A DNA stretch of 50,991 nucleotides. Origin: Eubacteriales bacterium (GTDB lineage: Bacteria > Bacillota > Clostridia > Oscillospirales > CAG-272). The DNA is taken from the NCBI GenBank assembly GCA_045597185.1, contig JAZODV010000157.1, positions 1 through 50,991 on the forward strand. Reading direction: 5' to 3'. The translations under genes and the position numbers were made by a program. Numbering within the stretch: position 1 is the first letter of the stretch; each line of letters starts with the position of its first letter. Under the pieces are notes generated by a model that worked only from the letters and a program-made list of their open reading frames with translations, ran no database searches and was not told the DNA's origin. Shown here piece by piece: positions 46,178 to 50,991 of this stretch.

Positions 46178-47611
46178 ATGAAAACTGTAATAATCGGCGG
46201 CGGTGTGGCAGGGCTTACCGCAGGAATATACGGACAGTTCTTTGGAATGGACTGTACAATAATAGAAAAAAACGCTTTTGTCGGCGGAAATATGACAGCG
46301 TGGAAAAGGAACGGATACCCGATAGATAACTGCATACATTGGCTGACTGGAACAAAAAAGGGAACAAAGCTTAACCGTATGTGGAATTTTGTCGGAATGC
46401 TCGGTAAAAATGTAAAGCTATGCAAAAATGATGCTTTTTATACAAGCGAGCTTGGCGGTGAAAAAGTATCACTATGGCGAGACACCGAAAAAACACTTGC
46501 TGAAATGAATACAATATCTCCTGCAGATGCGGAAGAATCACAAAAATTCATTGAATGTGTGAACTGTATAGCACACGCGCAATGTGATGATATAAGGGAA
46601 AAGATTTCGTATATTCCCGCGGTTGCGCGATATGGGGGAATGAGCCTGCGTGATCTTTCGAACAGGTTCGTTCACCCATTACTAAAGAGACTCATTGTGG
46701 ATTATTTAAGCCCCGAGCTTTCGGCGTTGGCGCTTATATGTGCTTACGCGACCTTTTCATCGGGTAACGGAGATGTTCCATACGGTGGTTCAAGGGACGC
46801 GGCAACACGTATGAAGAACAGGTTCATTGCGCTTGGAGGTAAGCTGTTAAAATCAGAAGTAGTATCTCGAATAGTTATAAATAAAGCTACGGGAAAAGCT
46901 TTCGGAGTAATTACCGAGCGCGGAAGATTTGTCGCGGCGGATAGCGTTATATGTGCGTGTGATCCAACCGTAACGTTTGGCAGACTTTTACCTTATTCTT
47001 ATATGCCTGCTGTAATGAAAAGGGCATATAAAGACAGCAAAAACATGCCCTTGTTTTCAGCAATTCACGCCGCGTTTGTATGTGATTCAAACCAAGAACT
47101 CCCGAAAAATCCAACGGTATTTGAATTTGACGGTATAAGGATAGGAAACAGAAAGTTAAAGCGGATCCTTATAAAGCCGTATACCTCGGAAGACCTTAAT
47201 ATTTTTAAAGGAAAAACGGTGCTGCAGATAATGTTCTATTTATATGACAGCGAGGCGCTTATGTGGGAACGGCTTTCGAAAAACGAGCAAAAATATAAGA
47301 AAGCGAAGGAAGGGTTTGCAAATGCTGTACTAAGTGCAATATCAAGAAGGTATCCGTCGACAAGGGGATCAATAGAGCTGCTTGATGTATGGACTCCTGC
47401 GACCTACAGTAAATATTTTGATGCAAAGCACGGAGCTTTTTTGAGCTTCGCATCAAGACCTGGAAAAGCGCTTTTATACCGTTCTCCTACAAAAATAAAA
47501 GGGCTTTCGAACGTATATATTGCAACGCAATGGCAAAGCTCCCCGGGAGGACTTCCGATTGCAGCAAATAAAGGAAAAAAAGCCGCATATCTGGCAGCAA
47601 GAAAAAAATGA
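46178..47611 (+). CDS. NAD(P)/FAD-dependent oxidoreductase (phytoene desaturase/amine oxidase-like fold)
   Basis: N-terminal VIIGGGVAGLTAG...IIEKN..VGG dinucleotide-binding motif. 477 aa. Substrate unknown. Confidence 0.62.
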   Translation: MKTVIIGGGVAGLTAGIYGQFFGMDCTIIEKNAFVGGNMTAWKRNGYPIDNCIHWLTGTKKGTKLNRMWNFVGMLGKNVKLCKNDAFYTSELGGEKVSLWRDTEKTLAEMNTISPADAEESQKFIECVNCIAHAQCDDIREKISYIPAVARYGGMSLRDLSNRFVHPLLKRLIVDYLSPELSALALICAYATFSSGNGDVPYGGSRDAATRMKNRFIALGGKLLKSEVVSRIVINKATGKAFGVITERGRFVAADSVICACDPTVTFGRLLPYSYMPAVMKRAYKDSKNMPLFSAIHAAFVCDSNQELPKNPTVFEFDGIRIGNRKLKRILIKPYTSEDLNIFKGKTVLQIMFYLYDSEALMWERLSKNEQKYKKAKEGFANAVLSAISRRYPSTRGSIELLDVWTPATYSKYFDAKHGAFLSFASRPGKALLYRSPTKIKGLSNVYIATQWQSSPGGLPIAANKGKKAAYLAARKK

Positions 47612-47716
47612 TAGAGCAAAGGACCGCTACAGCTCTGCTTCATAAAAGAGTCGTAGCGATACTTATTACTGTCCAAGAAATGCCTATGTTATCATTAATT
47701 ATAAGGAGACACAGAA

Positions 47717-49093
47717 ATGAAAATGAATAGTTGTTCCAAAAAAGTTCTTGGTATAGCAATGGCGTTGCTGATGATGTTCCCATCCTTTGCTTTGATAGCG
47801 TGTAAAGAAGGCACTAATCACAAAGGAGATGCCGATGACAACACCGAAGTAACTACTGAGGAAAACGATGGGGAAACTACGGGTGTGACAGGACCGTCGG
47901 AGTCATGCCTTAAAATAAACGGTGCGAATATTTCGGAATATACAATTACTTATCCCGCTAATGGAGAAAACGAAGAAAAATCGCAGGCAGAGAGACTTGC
48001 CGCACACATAAATACCTTTTTCGAATGTGATGTAAAGGTTGTTGAAGAGTCTGAATTTAATTCCGTAAAATCCATAGCCATCAGAGATACTCTCCCCTCT
48101 TCCGATGTTATAGACATGAGCGCTTACAAGAATATTGATACGGCAGCAGCGCTTATCATAAATATCGATGATACTTTGTCGATATGCGCAACTAACAAAT
48201 ATACACTTGAGGCCGCTATAGATAGACTGATCGAAGATTCAACTCCTGCAGAAACAGGCGACACCGTCGAACTTGATTATTCCAAAGGAAATGCACAACG
48301 TGTAGTTGCCGAAAGCCTTGGCGATGTTCTCAAAGTGATGTCGTATAACGTAAAAACCGGAACGCCCGACAATTTAAGAGCTTCGCAGGTTATTAAAAAT
48401 ATCAAGGATTTTATGCCCGATACTTTAGGAACACAGGAAGTCAATGCCGATTGGATATCCATGTTTACAAAGCAGAAGCTTTTCGAAGATTATGAAATGG
48501 TGGGAAAACCAAGAGGACAAGAAAGCGATAAGGGTATCGCAAACGAATATAGCGCAATCTTATACAGAAAGTCCACAATGAAACTCATAGACAGCGGAAC
48601 CTTCTGGCTTTCCAATACACCCACTGTGGTTGGCTCAAAGTTTGATTGCAGCTCTTACACGCGTATTTTGACCTTTGCTGTGCTTGAACGCAAGTCCGAC
48701 GGAACTCGCTTTGTCCATGTAAATACTCATATGGAATGGGATCATGATAACGTAAAAACTAATCTTCTTCAAATGAAGGTGTTGCTTGATATCGTTGATA
48801 AACAGATATATTCCAAGCACGGCGAGCTTCCCACTTTCTTTACGGGCGATTTTAATGTTGAAATGACATCTGATGGATATAAGCATCTTATTTCAACAGG
48901 TAAGGAAGATACGAGAGTTATAGCAGATATCACCTGTGAAAAATTAACCCATCAAGGGGGAGAAATTCTCGATTACTGTATAGTAACAGAGGGCGATTTC
49001 AAGGTGGCAAAGTTTGATGTCGGCGGCGGGCTGCCCGGATCTGACCACTATCCCGTATATGTTGAGATGTACTTCACTCCAAAAGATAACTGA
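47717..49093 (+). CDS. lipoprotein with a C-terminal endonuclease/exonuclease/phosphatase (EEP) domain
   Basis: Lipobox ALIAC. EEP catalytic strings MSYNV, GTQEV, NTHM, GDFN and GSDHYPV. The roughly 200 aa N-terminal region has no family I recognise. Confidence 0.75.
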   Translation: MKMNSCSKKVLGIAMALLMMFPSFALIACKEGTNHKGDADDNTEVTTEENDGETTGVTGPSESCLKINGANISEYTITYPANGENEEKSQAERLAAHINTFFECDVKVVEESEFNSVKSIAIRDTLPSSDVIDMSAYKNIDTAAALIINIDDTLSICATNKYTLEAAIDRLIEDSTPAETGDTVELDYSKGNAQRVVAESLGDVLKVMSYNVKTGTPDNLRASQVIKNIKDFMPDTLGTQEVNADWISMFTKQKLFEDYEMVGKPRGQESDKGIANEYSAILYRKSTMKLIDSGTFWLSNTPTVVGSKFDCSSYTRILTFAVLERKSDGTRFVHVNTHMEWDHDNVKTNLLQMKVLLDIVDKQIYSKHGELPTFFTGDFNVEMTSDGYKHLISTGKEDTRVIADITCEKLTHQGGEILDYCIVTEGDFKVAKFDVGGGLPGSDHYPVYVEMYFTPKDN

Positions 49094-49094
49094 T

Positions 49095-49130
49095 AAAAAA
49101 GGAAACCATCGATGATGGTTTCCTTTTTTT
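49095..49130 (+). terminator. intrinsic terminator
   Basis: ggaaaccatc (49101-49110) pairs with gatggtttcc (49114-49123), followed by T7. Confidence 0.8.
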
Positions 49131-49163
49131 GCCCATGCCCACGTTCACAAAAAAATTAACACA

Positions 49164-49181
49164 ATATATATATATATATAT
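49164..49181. repeat. (AT)9 dinucleotide microsatellite
   Basis: Direct reading gives atatatatatatatatat, in the intergenic region upstream of the GLUG-like surface protein gene. Confidence 0.95.
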
Positions 49182-49299
49182 TGCACAGGACGCGTTCACA
49201 ATTTGGTGATAAAATGAATTATAATTCGATAAATGTACCGTTTTACTCTCGGCGCGTGAATCGAAAAAATAATTCATTCTACAAAGGAGAACCACGACA

Positions 49300-50991
49300 A
49301 TGATCAAGAGAATCATTACTTTCGTGCTTTGTCTCGCTCTATGCGTTTCCTGCGTTGCTATTGGTATTATAAACCAAAAAGCAGACGATACGGATATTGC
49401 AGCGGAGGCAGATGGTGCGATCGAAGGCGTCAGCGCTGCTCCCGAGGGAGCCACTCAGGTCGGCGGTGAGCTTTACGAGAAGGACGGCGTTTATTATCTC
49501 AACGGTAACGTTACCATCACAAGAGAAAACGCCGCGACTAACCCCACTTACTTAGAGCTTGTCAAAAAGTTTGAAGTTCCTTTCGTTGATACCGACGAAG
49601 ACGGCGAGGCTGACAAATACGTGCCATCAAGCACACATCTCGTGCTTGATGGTAACGGCAATACCATCACAACCGAGATTCCCCTCTTCAAGGGAATCGG
49701 CAACTGCACCATTAAGAACCTCAATATTACAGGCTCTGAAATGACTGTTTCCGATAGTGACTTTGTGACTTATAACAACAATGATGGCTTTGGCGTAATA
49801 GCATGTGTTGTTTATTCTTCCGTCAAATTTGACGGTGTTACGGTGGACGTAGATATTAAATATGTCGACGGAGCGCGAACCACAGAAAGTCATTTAGGCG
49901 CGTTTGTCGGATACGGACCTGTTATGGAGTTAAAAAACTGCACGAATAACGGAGACATTACCGTTAAAGTCGCGGCGACCAAACATTTTGCCGTCGCCGG
50001 AATGGTCGGTAGAATTCATAACACATCAGGTGTTACCATAGAAAACTGTATTAATAACGGCAACGTGAATGCAGAGGATACGGTCTCGGGTGGAGATTTA
50101 TATCCGGGTGGCTTTATTGGACAAGATGCAGGCCAAAATACTAATGTTATCGGGTCAATGAACACAGGAAACATAACCGGAGAGAGCGAAGGAAAATCCT
50201 ATTCTGCCGGTTTTGTTGCTCGAAGTGGAGCCGAAACCTTTACCGATTGCATAAATATAGGTAATATCACAATTACCTGCAAAGCAGATGGCAGGGGCGG
50301 AGGTCTTACGGGACATTCGTCAAATAAACCGATAACCCGTTGCATAAATATCGGAGATATACATCTCACGACCGGCAAATCCGGACAGCCTGTTGCCGGC
50401 TTGGTGCCGTGGTCTAACCCAAAGTTTACTGATTGTGTCAATTTAGGCACGATATCAACCAGTGAAAATAACGATAATGTTAGTGCAATGTGTGCAAATG
50501 CTTCAGTAGAATTTGTGAGCAACAATTACACGGTTGCCCAGGTTCGTGACGTACGTAGTGATTACTACAATTCCGAAGGTCGTGACGCATACCTCATTAC
50601 AAAGCCCGCAAACCTTACTGAGCTTGTAAAGAAAGTAAAAGACAATCAGATAAACAATGCCGCAGCGCTCATAGCCGTAGTATTAGCGACAGTAGATTAT
50701 GCCGGAGAACACAGCAACGACGACGGAATATTCCTTAAGAATCTCAATGAGTTCACCGTAGCCGAAGGCGCGGAAAACGGTCGCTTTACGACTTCGATCG
50801 ATGAAGATTTCTACAAGGATGTTATAGCTCTTGCAGGAAACGTTGAGTTTGGCGGAATCGTAACTCTTTCTAACTACGTTACCAAGATAGGTGATTTTAC
50901 TCACGATGCATTTAAGGCATACTATGAGGCAAACAAAGCAGCTATCGACGCAAAGAACGCTAAGGTTGCGGAGGCAGGCAGACTCTACGAG
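49300..50991 (+). CDS. secreted or lipid-anchored beta-helix surface protein with GLUG-like repeats (5' part; continues past the right window edge)
   Basis: Manual translation from the ATG at 49300 (SD AAAGGAGA) gives MIKRIITFVLCLALCVSCVAIG... It is open for 564 codons to the window end. Repeats of the form [ND]C[IVT]N.G[ND]I followed by GG[FL].G or AG[MFL]V occur six times or more. It is not in the ORF track because it is truncated. Confidence 0.7.
   Translation, partial: MIKRIITFVLCLALCVSCVAIGIINQKADDTDIAAEADGAIEGVSAAPEGATQVGGELYEKDGVYYLNGNVTITRENAATNPTYLELVKKFEVPFVDTDEDGEADKYVPSSTHLVLDGNGNTITTEIPLFKGIGNCTIKNLNITGSEMTVSDSDFVTYNNNDGFGVIACVVYSSVKFDGVTVDVDIKYVDGARTTESHLGAFVGYGPVMELKNCTNNGDITVKVAATKHFAVAGMVGRIHNTSGVTIENCINNGNVNAEDTVSGGDLYPGGFIGQDAGQNTNVIGSMNTGNITGESEGKSYSAGFVARSGAETFTDCINIGNITITCKADGRGGGLTGHSSNKPITRCINIGDIHLTTGKSGQPVAGLVPWSNPKFTDCVNLGTISTSENNDNVSAMCANASVEFVSNNYTVAQVRDVRSDYYNSEGRDAYLITKPANLTELVKKVKDNQINNAAALIAVVLATVDYAGEHSNDDGIFLKNLNEFTVAEGAENGRFTTSIDEDFYKDVIALAGNVEFGGIVTLSNYVTKIGDFTHDAFKAYYEANKAAIDAKNAKVAEAGRLYE

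Noticed and set aside
45785-46425. Minus-strand ORFs (184 aa and 109 aa) spanning the end of the carboxypeptidase gene, its terminator and the start of the FAD oxidoreductase.
   Set aside because: They run through a terminator hairpin and two well-supported plus-strand genes, and have no motifs or SD.
49139-49262. Repeated TTCACA-type half-sites (acgTTCACAa at about 49141, gcgTTCACAa at about 49191, and an inverted cgcgTGAAtcg at about 49252) upstream of the GLUG-like gene. These could be Rex/CRP-like or response-regulator operators.
   Set aside because: Only short half-sites are present, with no full palindrome at canonical spacing. Such 6-7-mers can occur by chance in a 200-nt AT-rich region, so there is not enough evidence to call an operator.
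50235-50370. A nucleotide-level near-repeat (ttgcataaatataggtaatatcac and ttgcataaatatcggagatatacatc) that might suggest a DNA repeat element.
   Set aside because: It is explained by the protein-level beta-helix repeats (DCINIGNITI and RCINIGDIHL) within the GLUG-like CDS.
1-50991. Whole-window scan for CRISPR repeats, tRNA/rRNA/tmRNA genes, IS elements, transposases or integrases, prophage genes, toxin-antitoxin pairs, restriction-modification or other defence modules, and large direct or inverted repeats.
   Set aside because: None was recognised. Intergenic space is small (the largest gaps are about 200-230 nt) and is explained by promoters, terminators and one riboswitch. Every long ORF is assignable to a housekeeping or cell-envelope family. 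This was a by-eye scan, not a computational search.

Overview
This is a densely packed (about 95% coding), core-chromosome segment of a low-GC, endospore-forming Firmicute, probably class Clostridia. That call rests on the yabM/spoVB-mazG-hup-yabO-yabP-yabQ-divIC block and on 'TRTG-TATAAT' extended -10 promoters. I call 45 CDSs, two of them truncated at the window edges and absent from the ORF track: ppdK at the left edge and a GLUG-like surface protein at the right edge.

Content:
- pth-mfd
- a TPP riboswitch controlling thiT
- a four-subunit 2-oxoacid:ferredoxin oxidoreductase operon led by an orphan P-loop NTPase
- cdaA-cdaR (c-di-AMP)
- a long co-directional recJ-relA-dtd-hemZ-like-...-mazG array
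- a minus-strand parE-like/plsY/methyltransferase/FolC-like operon
- murD followed by an SGNH hydrolase, three tandem M42 peptidases and a YnbB-type PLP enzyme
- a cysteine desulfurase, ireB-ribF, a PBP5-like carboxypeptidase and cell-surface lipoproteins

I saw no tRNA or rRNA genes, CRISPR arrays, transposases, integrases, phage genes, toxin-antitoxin pairs or recognisable defence genes.

I do not find a convincing novel multi-gene system. The most interesting leads are modest:
- a YD-like repeat insertion in a PrsA-like lipoprotein
- the orphan NTPase heading the oxidoreductase operon
- an FAD protein replacing glmM after cdaAR
- a FolC-like paralog with degenerate motifs, in an operon with an unpaired topoisomerase B subunit
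- a PBP5-like protein with non-canonical motifs
- the surface-protein locus at the right edge

All functional calls come from reading motifs by eye. No database search was run.
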